Origin: Acidobacteriota bacterium
GTDB taxonomy: Bacteria > Acidobacteriota > Thermoanaerobaculia > Multivoradales > Multivoraceae
Direction of reading: 5' to 3'
Assembly: GCA_036337765.1 (NCBI GenBank)
Contig: JAYZDP010000104.1
Coordinates: 3,764-67,763, forward strand
DNA length: 64,000 bases
Of this stretch, positions 1 through 10,293 are shown in pieces. The position numbers and the translations under genes were made by a program. The notes under the pieces are model-generated. The model ran no database searches, was not told the origin of the DNA, and saw only the letters and a list, made by a program, of their open reading frames with translations. Position 1 is the first letter of the stretch; every line of letters begins with the position of its first letter.

Positions 1-33
1 CAGCTCTAGCAGGTAACTCTGTCACCCGCGGGC

Positions 34-1401
34 GTGCTAGCGTGGCGCCTTGGCGACTGGCCTGCGCGTCCCGGTGATCCGACCGTGAACCTGCTGCACG
101 ACCTGCTGCCTCTCCTCGCCCTGGTCGCGGCCTCCCCTGCCGCGGTGGATGACGCCGTCTCGGCCGAGATCGACGTCGTCAAGCAGCACGAGGAGGAGCA
201 CTGCCACGACGAGCGCTGCGAAGGTGGCGGCGGCCAGGGCGGCGTGCCGATCCCGAGCATCGGGCCGCGGCCCTGCGTCAACGGCCGGGCCGGGCGTTTC
301 AGCTGTAGTCAGGTCGACCTATGGTCGTTCGTGTCGATCGAAGATATCGGCGGCGGTGCCGGCAACGACGTCTGGGGCTGGACCGATCCAGCCACCGGGT
401 CCGAGTACGCGATCATGGGGCGCAACACGGGCACGTCGTTCGTGGACATCTCGGTACCCGACCAGCCGGTCTACCTGGGCGATCTGCCCGGGCGCGGGAT
501 CGCGAGCTCCTGGCGCGACATCAAGGTCTACAACGACCACGCCTACATCGTCAGCGAGTCTCCGGGGCACGGTGTGCAGATCTTCGATCTCCGCCGCCTC
601 TCCAGGGTGCGCCAGCCCCCTGTGAAGTTCTCGCAGAGCGCTCGCTGGGGCGGGTTCGGCAACGCGCACAACCTCTTCATCGAAGAGGAGACGGGTTTCG
701 CCTACATCGTCGGCTCGAATCAGTGCGCTGGCGGCCTCCTGATCCTCGACCTCACCCGGCCGCGCAACCCGGAGAGGGTGGGCTGCTTCTCCGAGGACGG
801 CTACACCCACGATATCTATTGCCACTTGTACCACGGTCCGGACACGCGCTACCAGGGCCGCGATATCTGTTACGCGTCCAACGAAGACACCCTGACCGTC
901 ATCGACACGACCGACAAAGCGTCTCCGGTGATGGTCGGGCGGGTGACCTACGAGGGCGTCGGCTACACGCACCAGGCCTGGACGACGACCAACCACCGCT
1001 GGTTGCTCCTCGGAGACGAGACTGACGAGCTCGACGGCGGGCTCGGCACCACGACCTACATCTACCACCTCCGTAACCTCGAAAGGCCTCGGCTCCACGG
1101 CCGCCACGAGTCGCCGTTGGCGTCGATCGATCACAACCAGTACGTGGTGAAGAGGTGGACGTACCAGGCCAACTACACGGCGGGCCTGCGGATTCTGGCC
1201 CTTGACCGCATCTCCCGGGGTCAGCTCTGCGAGGTGGCGCACTTCGACGTCTTCCCCCGCAACAACGGGACGAGTTTCGACGGCGCCTGGAGCGTCTATC
1301 CGTTCTTCGAGAGCGGCAACGTCGTGGTGTCGAGCTTCGAGGGGCTGGCGGTTCTACGACCGCGGATCGGCGGCCGGCTCTGTTCCCAGCCGGGGAACTA
1401 G
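34..1401 (+). CDS. Beta-propeller protein resembling the LVIVD-repeat / choice-of-anchor B family. GTG start at 34. The N-terminus may be different or longer, because an in-frame stop at 7-9 is the only upstream limit.
   Basis: Long ORF with coding-like codon usage. Repeated motifs of the kind seen in LVIVD/choice-of-anchor B beta-propellers: SFVDISVPDQP, HAYIVSESPGHGVQIFDL, FAYIVGSN, CAGGLLILDL. Family assignment from memory of motif style, not from a search. Confidence 0.5.
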   Translation: MLAWRLGDWPARPGDPTVNLLHDLLPLLALVAASPAAVDDAVSAEIDVVKQHEEEHCHDERCEGGGGQGGVPIPSIGPRPCVNGRAGRFSCSQVDLWSFVSIEDIGGGAGNDVWGWTDPATGSEYAIMGRNTGTSFVDISVPDQPVYLGDLPGRGIASSWRDIKVYNDHAYIVSESPGHGVQIFDLRRLSRVRQPPVKFSQSARWGGFGNAHNLFIEEETGFAYIVGSNQCAGGLLILDLTRPRNPERVGCFSEDGYTHDIYCHLYHGPDTRYQGRDICYASNEDTLTVIDTTDKASPVMVGRVTYEGVGYTHQAWTTTNHRWLLLGDETDELDGGLGTTTYIYHLRNLERPRLHGRHESPLASIDHNQYVVKRWTYQANYTAGLRILALDRISRGQLCEVAHFDVFPRNNGTSFDGAWSVYPFFESGNVVVSSFEGLAVLRPRIGGRLCSQPGN

Positions 1402-1438
1402 GCAGACCCCGATCGGCCGATAGACTCTCGCCACCTCC

Positions 1439-1558
1439 ATGGCACTAGCTCCTGGTTCCAAGCTCGGGCCGTACGAAGTCGTCTCTTCTCTCGGTGCGGG
1501 GCCTTGTTCTAAGGTTGGGTTACCTGTCTCCCAGCCAATCCCAAGTTACTGGAAATAG
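1439..1558 (+). pseudogene. Possible remnant of the 5' end of a Ser/Thr protein kinase gene. About 20 codons are retained, then the sequence diverges and reaches a stop.
   Basis: ATG at 1439 encodes MALAPGSKLGPYEVVSSLGAG. This matches the canonical kinase N-terminus up to the glycine loop (LGPYE..LG.GG.G.VY), but the GxGxxG loop and the rest of the domain are absent. It sits in a lower-GC intergenic stretch between convergent genes. Confidence 0.3.
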
Positions 1559-1646
1559 TGCCGTGGCCTCGTCGCTGCCGATGACCGCCGGCTGGACTTC
1601 CTCGCCGCAGGCGGAACAGAAGCGGGCAGCCCGTCGTGGTCGAGGG

Positions 1647-3629
1647 TCAGCGATCACCGCGCGGCAGGGAGAAAACGAACACGTTGTTCCCGGCGCTCGG
1701 CCGGAGCTCCGGCGTGAGGCCCGCGTCCGCCGCGGACGAGGTGCTGCCGGTAGAGGCCACGACGTACTGGCGACCATCGATGCCGTAGCCGATCGGGAAG
1801 CCCGTCACCGGCGAGCCGAGGTTTATCTCCCAGAGCACATCCCCCGTCTCGTGGTCGAGGGCCTTGAATCGGCCGTTGCTGTCGCCGACGAAGACCAGCC
1901 CACCGCCCGTCGCAAAGAGAGACTGCGTCGCCGCGCGCTGCTCGTAGACCCACAGGAACTCGCCGGTCTCAGCCGACACCGCGTAGACCGTGCCCGAGTC
2001 CTCCTTGCCCGGGGTGAGGATGTGCTCGCCGTCGAGAGCATAGCTCGGCAGGCGGCCTTCGCGGTTCGCGCTCATGCGCGCACAGGCGTTGCGCAGCGGG
2101 ACGTACATGGCGTTGGTGACCGGGCTGTATGCGCCGGCCTGCCAATCCTTGCCGCCGAGCCAGGTCGGGCAGACTAGCGCCTTCTGGCCGAGCTCCTGAA
2201 AGACCACCTCGGGGTTCTCGACCACCTCACCGGTCTCGCCGTCGATCTGGATGATGACGTTCTGCTCAACGGTCGGCGTGGCCCACAGGAACTCGCCGGT
2301 CTCGCGGTCGAGCGTGTACACGACGCCGGTCTTGCCGGGAACGCCGGTGACTACCCGGCGGGTCTCGCCCGGCTCGACGGTGGGGTTGATCCACTGCACC
2401 GCCTCGGAGTCGGGAGCCACCACCGTGTCGACGAGCATGCGCTCGAACGGGTGATCGAGGTCCCAGTGGTCGTTGAGGTGCTGGTAGTACCACGCGATCT
2501 CACCGGTATCCGCGACGAGCGCGAGCGTGGAGTTGTGGTACAGGTGCCGGTTCTCTGCTCCGCCGAGTAGGAACTTCGGTGCCGGCGCCGTGACCGAGGT
2601 GCCGATATAGACGAGGTCGAGCTCGGGGTCATAGCTCGGCACCATCCAGGTGCCGACGTGGGCGCGCTCCTCGTATGGCACGTCGCCCCAGGTCTCGTCA
2701 CCAGGCTCGCCCGGCTTGGGGATCGTGTGCCGTCGCCACAGCTCGCGCCCGGTCTTCGGATCGTGAGCGACGATCACGCACGCCTCCGGCCCGCTGCGCG
2801 CCCGGCAGCTGCGGCCCGAGATCACCTTGCCGTTGGCGACGATCGGACCCGAGCCCTGGATCGCCGCCTGGGTCTTGTAGTCGAGGACCTCGGTCTCCCA
2901 CACGAGCTCTCCGGTGCGGGCGTCGAGGGCGAGAATGAAGTCGTCGCCCGAGGTGTGGATGATCAGGTTGTCGTAGATAGCGATGTTGCGGTTGTTCTCC
3001 GACAGCGTGCCCACATACTGGCGGATGTCGTCGGGCAGCTCTCTCCGATACTCCCAGATCAGGTCGCCGGTGGCCGCATCGATCGCCTGGATGACGTCGC
3101 GCGGGTTGGGGAAGTACATGACACCGTCGTAGACCAGTGGCGTTCCCTGCTGGCGGCCTTCGCTGAGACCCCGTGACCACTCGAGCCGCAGCTCCGAGAC
3201 GTTCGATCGATCGATCTGATCCAGCGGACTGAAGGCCCAGCCATCGAGCGTTCGCCGCCACTGCAGCCAGTCGTCGCCCGACGGGCCCTGGAGGATCTCG
3301 TCGGTGACCGCAACGAAGTCCGCCGCGTCCACCTGTCCTGTGATGGGAGCCGCCACGACCGTCGAGGCCACGAGTGCCACGACGATCCCAAAGCGCGTCA
3401 GGCCCAGGACAGCGCCCCGACTGGGAGATGTCGATTCATGGCCGAACCTCGCAAGGACATGGCTCCGGCAGCGACTAACGCGGGCGGGCCGCCATCCTAT
3501 CGTGCTGCCGCTCGCCCATGATGGCCGTCGGCGTCGACACGAGCTCGGGGTTTCAAGCCGACGCTCGGGCCAAGCTCTTTGAGGGCAACTCCGCCAGGTC
3601 CTGCAAGCCGACGTTGGCGTCCATCGCAA
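1647..3629 (-). CDS. PQQ-dependent dehydrogenase (methanol/ethanol quinoprotein family), secreted. The true start is probably downstream of 3629, near 3410-3450.
   Basis: Translation shows typical quinoprotein alcohol dehydrogenase N-terminal region (DWLQWRRTLDGWAFSPLDQIDRSNVSELRLEW, GVMYFPNPRDVIQAIDAATGDLIWEY) and beta-propeller W-rich repeats throughout. A signal-peptide-like segment (RFGIVVALVASTVVAAPITGQVDA) follows an R/S-rich extension that is probably not translated. No in-frame ATG/GTG/TTG lies just upstream of the signal peptide. Confidence 0.8.
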   Translation of the reverse strand: MRWTPTSACRTWRSCPQRAWPERRLETPSSCRRRRPSWASGSTIGWRPARVSRCRSHVLARFGHESTSPSRGAVLGLTRFGIVVALVASTVVAAPITGQVDAADFVAVTDEILQGPSGDDWLQWRRTLDGWAFSPLDQIDRSNVSELRLEWSRGLSEGRQQGTPLVYDGVMYFPNPRDVIQAIDAATGDLIWEYRRELPDDIRQYVGTLSENNRNIAIYDNLIIHTSGDDFILALDARTGELVWETEVLDYKTQAAIQGSGPIVANGKVISGRSCRARSGPEACVIVAHDPKTGRELWRRHTIPKPGEPGDETWGDVPYEERAHVGTWMVPSYDPELDLVYIGTSVTAPAPKFLLGGAENRHLYHNSTLALVADTGEIAWYYQHLNDHWDLDHPFERMLVDTVVAPDSEAVQWINPTVEPGETRRVVTGVPGKTGVVYTLDRETGEFLWATPTVEQNVIIQIDGETGEVVENPEVVFQELGQKALVCPTWLGGKDWQAGAYSPVTNAMYVPLRNACARMSANREGRLPSYALDGEHILTPGKEDSGTVYAVSAETGEFLWVYEQRAATQSLFATGGGLVFVGDSNGRFKALDHETGDVLWEINLGSPVTGFPIGYGIDGRQYVVASTGSTSSAADAGLTPELRPSAGNNVFVFSLPRGDR

Positions 3630-3817
3630 GCGTCAGTGTGAGGATCGACGTCAGCGCGAACGAGGGGCTGGCCACGAGCCGCCGAAGCACGACGCGCCCG
3701 GAGCGCCGCCGGCTGTCTGTCATTGAGCGGCCGGCCCGGCGGTAGACTTCTCCACCTCATGCCGCTTCCGCCAGGTACCGGCGTGGGTTCGTACGAGATC
3801 GGAGTAGAGTCTTCGCC

Positions 3818-5515
<1,698 letters not shown>

Positions 5516-5520
5516 TCGAG

Positions 5521-6108
5521 CTATCCGCCCGGCGGCGATGTTGCGTGTACCTTGCGCATGAAGGCCCTGCAACTGTCGCAGAAGTGCAGACCGCGGGCGT
5601 CGATGACGGAGCGAAGGTAGCCGCGCTCGCCGTGACGATTGAAGTCGCCCTTGCTCATCGGACAGCAGCCACCTTGGTCAACACTGACGAAGGAGTAGTG
5701 ATGCACCAGGCCGAAGTTGTGGCCCAGTTCGTGCAGGCTGATCTTCAAGAGTCTGGCGGCTACGCGCTGAGGGTCGTACATCGAGATCCGACGGGTGGAG
5801 ACGACGGCGACATGATTGCGCCGGTCTTTGCCCCCGAACATGAAGCGAAAGAAATCCGTTCCGGAGTCGTCCACCAGCTCGGCATCCGTGATGCCGAGGA
5901 CGTGCCCGCCCACTTCCAGGTCGAGGACCTGTGTCAGGAGTCCGGCTTCGATGCTGTCGAGGGCCGGCGACTCGTAGTCGAGGAACCGAAGTCGGCGTAT
6001 GACGCCATCGAAGGCCTCTCGGATGGGCTCGAACACGGCCTCTCCGAAGCCACTGTGCATCGCGCTTCCGACGCTGACGACTTTGAGCGTAGAGAGAGTG
6101 TTCTCCAT
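5521..6108 (-). CDS. Archaemetzincin-like zinc metallopeptidase (peptidase M54 family)
   Basis: HELGHNFGLVHH metzincin zinc-binding motif (HExxHxxGxxH). It is followed by the archaemetzincin-style cysteine cluster CCPMSKGDF ... HFCDSCRAFM. About 195 aa, typical for the family. Confidence 0.65.
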   Translation of the reverse strand: MENTLSTLKVVSVGSAMHSGFGEAVFEPIREAFDGVIRRLRFLDYESPALDSIEAGLLTQVLDLEVGGHVLGITDAELVDDSGTDFFRFMFGGKDRRNHVAVVSTRRISMYDPQRVAARLLKISLHELGHNFGLVHHYSFVSVDQGGCCPMSKGDFNRHGERGYLRSVIDARGLHFCDSCRAFMRKVHATSPPGG

Positions 6109-6224
6109 TGTGACGGTGCGATAGGGCCGTCCTATGCCGTGGTCTAGTCCTAGCTAGGCCACCCGAGACAGAACGAGAAGTCAGCAGCAGTTCGCGGCTG
6201 CGAGCGCCAGCTCCAGCGCCAGGG

Positions 6225-6560
6225 CTACACCGTGAAGTTCGAGGTGAAGAGGCTCTCGTACTGCGGGCCACGCGTGCGGAACGCCTCGCACGTGACATCG
6301 CCGCTGTCCGGCTCGACGGTGACCAGAACCGCGGATCGGTTGTTGGCGAATCTCCGCAGCGAGCCGTTGATGGTGTATCCAGGAATACCCCATCCCTGGC
6401 GAGGCTTGAACGCGAGCCTCGGGTTCGGGCCCTTGTTCAATGGGCTTGCCATGACTTCGTGGCAGGTGATCGCTGGGCTGGTGCCCGCTCGCACCGACAC
6501 CGCGCCTTGATACGAGGCGTGCATGTTGCCTATGTACTTGTTGGCAGGCTGGAGAGTCAC
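6225..6560 (-). CDS. Hypothetical 111-aa protein with no recognisable domain, in a locally lower-GC segment
   Basis: Clean ORF on the minus strand between the archaemetzincin gene and a secreted-protein gene. Third-position GC is lower than in the neighbours. No motif recognised. Confidence 0.35.
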   Translation of the reverse strand: MTLQPANKYIGNMHASYQGAVSVRAGTSPAITCHEVMASPLNKGPNPRLAFKPRQGWGIPGYTINGSLRRFANNRSAVLVTVEPDSGDVTCEAFRTRGPQYESLFTSNFTV

Positions 6561-6721
6561 CGTACGCTACCTACGAGTGCCTACCTCGTCGAGGAGACGG
6601 ACCGTAGCTCTCGGGTGGCTCGGCGAGCCCTGTACCCACACGCGAGCGGCCGTATCGCTGACGTGTCCCACGATCAGTTGGAGTGGGGGTGTCGGCACGG
6701 ACCACCGAGAGGCCGCGGCGA

Positions 6722-7414
6722 CTAGAAGGCGAAGTCCTGCTGGATCACAGAGACCCGGTCGTGCACCGGCTGACCGCCGGTCGACCTTTCCTTGGTCTGC
6801 TCGTCGCTGCCGGTGGTGGCGGTAACTACGAGGCTCAGCGGCGCGCCCCAGAGCAGTACCTCGTAGGTGCCGTCCTTCGCCGTCGTGGCCTGAACCGCTA
6901 GCTCGGGGTCGTCTGGAGAGCTCACGGTGACCACGATGTCCCTTATGCCCTTCTTGCCACCCCGGGAGACCTTGCCGCGGAGCATCAGGCTCGGGCGCAT
7001 CGCCGACAGATCCTCACCCGGTTTGGCGAGGATCGGCGACAACTCGGTGTAGGTGTTGACCGGTGCGGCCACCCTGAGGACCAGGGACTCGAAGCCTTCC
7101 GCCTCGAAGGTGAGGCGCAGCATGATGCCGGCCATGTCGCGTTCCGTGAAGAGACGGCCGATTCCGCGCACCAGGTACGCCCCGGTGGCTCTCGACCGGC
7201 CACGTGCCCGGTCGGCCGGCGCGTTGTCGTTCTGAATCCACATCTCGACCTTGGGCATCGGATTGCCCTGGCTGTCGTAGATGACGCCGCCGACCCGCGT
7301 TGAGTCTTGCTGCGCAATGTTGTCGGTGTTGACCTGCGCCGCCAATGGCGGCGTGACCAGCGCGAAGGCCATCCAAGCGATGGCGATCACAAAAGGCGCT
7401 CGGGCTAGGCGCAT
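6722..7414 (-). CDS. Secreted protein with a carboxypeptidase-regulatory-like (CarbopepD_reg / Ig-like) fold, predicted from the signal peptide and beta-rich repeats
   Basis: N-terminal signal peptide MRLARAPFVIAIAWMAFALVTPPLAAQ. Segments such as GGVIYDSQGNPMPKVEMWIQ and GKVSRGGKKGIRDIVVTVSS, DGTYEVLL resemble CarbopepD_reg repeats. Confidence 0.5.
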   Translation of the reverse strand: MRLARAPFVIAIAWMAFALVTPPLAAQVNTDNIAQQDSTRVGGVIYDSQGNPMPKVEMWIQNDNAPADRARGRSRATGAYLVRGIGRLFTERDMAGIMLRLTFEAEGFESLVLRVAAPVNTYTELSPILAKPGEDLSAMRPSLMLRGKVSRGGKKGIRDIVVTVSSPDDPELAVQATTAKDGTYEVLLWGAPLSLVVTATTGSDEQTKERSTGGQPVHDRVSVIQQDFAF

Positions 7415-7647
7415 GGGCGCTTCCTCCAGCTTGTTGTTGAGGCTCTGCTAGCGTACCAGTCTGCACGACCGTCCTCGGGAGTGGGTGATCGTCGCAACCC
7501 ACGACTCTCAGGTCGATGCCCTGTTAGAGCGCTATGGTGGAATGATCGATCGGATCGAGGTCTCGATTCCGGTCGACCACGCGAGCGACCCTCGGAGGTG
7601 CTTTCAGCGGTCGTCTCGAGGATCGCGGCGTCAGCGAAGGAGCAACC

Positions 7648-8055
7648 GTGAGCCAGGTGGGGATGGTGAGCATCGTGGTGGGACTTGTCGCGGTCGGCAT
7701 GCGGCTGCCACAGGCCGTGGCACCGGCTGCCAGCCTGCGGTGGCTTCGGAAGATGGCCCGCTCGGGGGGCCGGACGCGAGCCCTGGGTGCGTTGATGGCG
7801 GCGTTTGGAGCCACGATGGTCTGGGCGGGGGGATCGGAAGACACGACCCTCGCCACTGTCCTTACGGTTGCTGGTTGGGGAATCCTCGGCCTCAGCGTGC
7901 CGGCGCTGATCGTGTTCCCCACGAGCTTCCGAGCCCTCGTCGAATGGTTCTACCCGGAGAGTGCCCCTGGACGTGAAACCTTCCTACAAATGAGAGGCGT
8001 GTTTGGTGTCGTCGTGGGGGCGTTTCTCGTGTGGTTTGGGTGGCAGGCGCTCTGA
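7648..8055 (+). CDS. Small integral membrane protein (4 predicted TM segments), function unknown
   Basis: GTG start preceded by AGGAG. Strongly hydrophobic segments: VSIVVGLVAVGM, LGALMAAFGATMVWAG, LATVLTVAGWGILGLSVPALIVF, VFGVVVGAFLVWFGW. Confidence 0.5.
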   Translation: MSQVGMVSIVVGLVAVGMRLPQAVAPAASLRWLRKMARSGGRTRALGALMAAFGATMVWAGGSEDTTLATVLTVAGWGILGLSVPALIVFPTSFRALVEWFYPESAPGRETFLQMRGVFGVVVGAFLVWFGWQAL

Positions 8056-8070
8056 CCGAGACTCGCTCTT

Positions 8071-8681
8071 CTACGGTTCTTCGACGAAGGCCTTGAGCCT
8101 GGCCAGGGCGGCGTCCCACTGTTCGCACACGCGATCGAGATAGCCGCGTACATCGTCGATCGGATCGAGGGTGAGGGTGAAGTGGCTCTCGCGTCCGACC
8201 CGCCGGCGCTCTCGAGGCAAAACTCGACGAGCGTTCGCGGCACTTCGGCAGCACCGGCGCCCTCGCCTTCGCCTAGCAAGGGCCAGGTCATGGAGAACAG
8301 CCGTTCGGGCTCGATGGTCTCGACCGTCGCTTCCCTGGTCATGTGCTCGTAGCCAGGGGCGGTCACCTTGCCTCGGGTGACTTGGTCGAGCTCGAACGGA
8401 CCCTCAAGATCCACCTGGAACCACTGGCCAACCTCCTTCGAGTCGGTGAGGGCTCGCCATACCCTCGAGACTGGAGCAGCGAGGTCGTTTCCTCCCGACG
8501 AGGACCGGGTCGACGTGACGTATCTCAGTGGCGGCGCGGTCGCGCAGACTCGCCTCGACTGGCGTGTCTTCGATAGCGGCGCCGACCTACTAGAAGGCGC
8601 GGCAGACCCCACCGGGTGATCCAGGATCTGACGGTTCCACTGCGCTACAACGTTGGCGTCGACGAACGGGCGGAGCATCAA
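8071..8681 (-). pseudogene. SRPBCC-superfamily (Aha1/AHSA1-like) protein gene, apparently frameshifted near 8195-8210
   Basis: Frame 1 gives the typical Aha1-like core: VSRVWRALTDSKEVGQWFQ ... ERLFSMTW ... RTLVEFCLESAGG. The expected C-terminus (HFTLTLDPIDDVRGYLDRVCEQWDAALARLKAFVEEP, then stop at 8071) is encoded in the -1 frame. The ORF frame runs on into R/S-rich nonsense. This is either a real frameshift or a sequencing error. Confidence 0.5.
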
Positions 8682-8743
8682 ACGCCGCGCTCGAAGGTGC
8701 TCTTCAATCGGGGCGCGGTCAAAGAGGCAAAGCGGGCGGCGAG

Positions 8744-9019
8744 TTACAGAACCGGTGTGCCCAGGTCCACGGCGGCATTGGCGCTGGCCGACGCGCTGCC
8801 GACCCGTCGCCCGGAAGAGATCACCGCGAAGACGTCGAGCAGCGTCGGCACGGTGCAGCCCATCGATGCCCGCACCCGCGCCGAGGCGATTTGCCCGACC
8901 AGCACCCGCCTCGAGAGGCGGCGGAGGTTGCGACGACGGTCCTCCGGGAGGGCGGCGAGGACCAGTTGAAAGAGGTCGGCATATACACGGTCGCCGACGA
9001 CCGCGTCGTCCAAGAGGAG
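8744..9019 (-). CDS. ArsR/SmtB-family HTH transcriptional regulator (short form), immediately upstream of the SRPBCC gene
   Basis: Translation ...VYADLFQLVLAALPEDRRRNLRRLSRRVLVGQIASARVRASMGCTVPTLLDVFAVISSGRR... aligns by eye to the ArsR consensus (F.ALADPTRRRIL.LL...E..V.EL.....S.P.VS.HL..L...G.V). ArsR-SRPBCC pairs are a common arrangement. Start uncertain (TTG near 9019). Confidence 0.4.
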   Translation of the reverse strand, partial: LLLDDAVVGDRVYADLFQLVLAALPEDRRRNLRRLSRRVLVGQIASARVRASMGCTVPTLLDVFAVISSGRRVGSASASANAAVDLGTPVL

Positions 9020-9057
9020 TTTCTCTACCTCTCGACCTAGCCGGGAGGAGGGAAGGG

Positions 9058-9459
9058 CTACGGCTCTGGTGGCATGCGCCAGAGCCAAACCAGAGCCGTG
9101 GCCGCGATGACCAGACCGAGGAACTCGCGCGAGTCCTCGATGAACTGACGATCCGTCGACATCACGCCGGCGAGGTCGCTGAGCGAGTGGTTCTGGAGCA
9201 GATCCAGGAAGCCCGGGAAGACCGTGGCACCGACGCCGACGTACACGAGGAGAACGAGGCCAATCGTCCAGGGACGGTGCCAGCCCGCGAGAGCGCCGGC
9301 AAAGAGTGCCGCCGCAGCGGCGTAAAGGGCGGCCCAGAGGAAGGAGTCGGGGTCGTTGAACTGGAGCGCGCCGAAGATCGCCATGCCCGCGCCGAGCACG
9401 ACGTAGCCGACGACGCGTTGCAGCGGGGTGGTGGCCTTCACGCGATGCCCCTGCAACAA
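9058..9459 (-). CDS. Small multi-pass membrane protein (TMEM220-like / DUF-type), function unknown
   Basis: 133-aa ORF with four hydrophobic helices (VVGYVVLGAGMAIFGAL, LWAALYAAAAALFAGALAGW, IGLVLLVYVGVGATVF, LGLVIAATALVWLW). Non-ATG (TTG) start. Confidence 0.5.
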   Translation of the reverse strand: MLQGHRVKATTPLQRVVGYVVLGAGMAIFGALQFNDPDSFLWAALYAAAAALFAGALAGWHRPWTIGLVLLVYVGVGATVFPGFLDLLQNHSLSDLAGVMSTDRQFIEDSREFLGLVIAATALVWLWRMPPEP

Positions 9460-9481
9460 TCGGGCGCCATGACACCCATCC

Positions 9482-9988
9482 TTGCACGGATGGGTCGGCC
9501 CCCTCGGTCACGCTTTACAGGACCTCGTGCCACTTCCGCCACAGACTTTTCGCGCCGGTGCCTGCGCCGTCATTGTCGGAGACGACGGCCGGGTGATGGC
9601 GTTCGAGCGTAACCAGACTCCGGTCGGGTCGTGGCAGCTGCCGCAGGGCGGCCTCGAGCCCGGCGAGTCGCCTCGCGAGGCGCTGTTTCGAGAGATCTTG
9701 GAGGAGAGCGGGATCGGTCGCGAGCTCCTGACCCTGGTCACGGAAGAGCCAAGGCTACTTGCCTACGAGCTACCGGAGGGCTTCCGCAAGCGCATCTTCG
9801 GTCGGGGCCAGACGCTCTACTGCTTCGTGCTGCGCTTCTCGGGATCGGAGGACGCCGTGACCCTTGGCGATTGTGAGGAGTTCCGCGCTTGGCGGTGGAT
9901 CGAGATGGCGCAGCTCGCTGAGGAGGTGGTCTTTTTCCGCCGGCCGCTGTATCGCGAAATCGACCGCTGGTTGCGAGAGCTCGCGTAG
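9482..9988 (+). CDS. Nudix hydrolase (RppH-like RNA pyrophosphohydrolase or diadenosine polyphosphate hydrolase type)
   Basis: Perfect Nudix box GGLEPGESPREALFREILEESGI (GX5EX7REUXEEXGU). Confidence 0.85.
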   Translation: MHGWVGPLGHALQDLVPLPPQTFRAGACAVIVGDDGRVMAFERNQTPVGSWQLPQGGLEPGESPREALFREILEESGIGRELLTLVTEEPRLLAYELPEGFRKRIFGRGQTLYCFVLRFSGSEDAVTLGDCEEFRAWRWIEMAQLAEEVVFFRRPLYREIDRWLRELA

Positions 9989-10007
9989 CGCTCAGCGAGC
10001 CGAGCCC

Positions 10008-10288
10008 TCAGCCGTACACGCGCTCGCCGTGCGGGTCGAAGAAGGCGCGCAGCGAGACCTCGGCAGGCGTGAGCGCCAGGGCCATCGTCGTGTCGACTGG
10101 GTTGGTCACGGCGTCCCCGCGCGGCGCTCGCCGCTGCATCGAGCTCGGAGATCTGGACCCCGAAGGCACGCGCCATCGAGGACTACATCGGCGCAGCCGC
10201 GCTTCGTCAGGTGGTAGGCGACGCTGCAACCCACAATGCCGCCGCCAATGACGACCGCGTCGGCTCGCGCGGGCAGGCTCGCCGTCAT
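10008..10288 (-). pseudogene. Remnant of an FAD-dependent oxidoreductase gene (DadA / glycine-oxidase / sarcosine-oxidase-beta-like). Only the N-terminal about 35 codons and a short C-terminal piece survive.
   Basis: ATG at 10288 encodes MTASLPARADAVVIGGGIVGCSVAYHLTKRG, the classic dinucleotide-binding fingerprint of DAO-family enzymes. The reading frame then collapses. A second frame ends ...LRAFFDPHGERVYG-stop at 10008, resembling a C-terminal fragment. It sits directly downstream of the alanine:cation symporter gene, a common dadA/agcS pairing. Confidence 0.5.
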
Positions 10289-10293
10289 TCCCT

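Noticed and set aside
319-1242. 307-aa minus-strand ORF and 149..625 / 321..1025 plus-strand ORFs
   Set aside because: All overlap the LVIVD-propeller gene in other frames. Low-complexity R/A/P-rich translations.
6149-6158. Perfect 10-bp palindrome CCTAGCTAGG upstream of the archaemetzincin gene
   Set aside because: Noted and mentioned in a finding. Alone it is too short to call an operator or restriction-related site, and it contains TAG/CTAG motifs that are simply rare in this genome.
8653-9612. 319-aa plus-strand Arg-rich ORF
   Set aside because: Overlaps the better-supported ArsR-like and TMEM220-like genes on the opposite strand. Composition looks like a GC-frame artefact.
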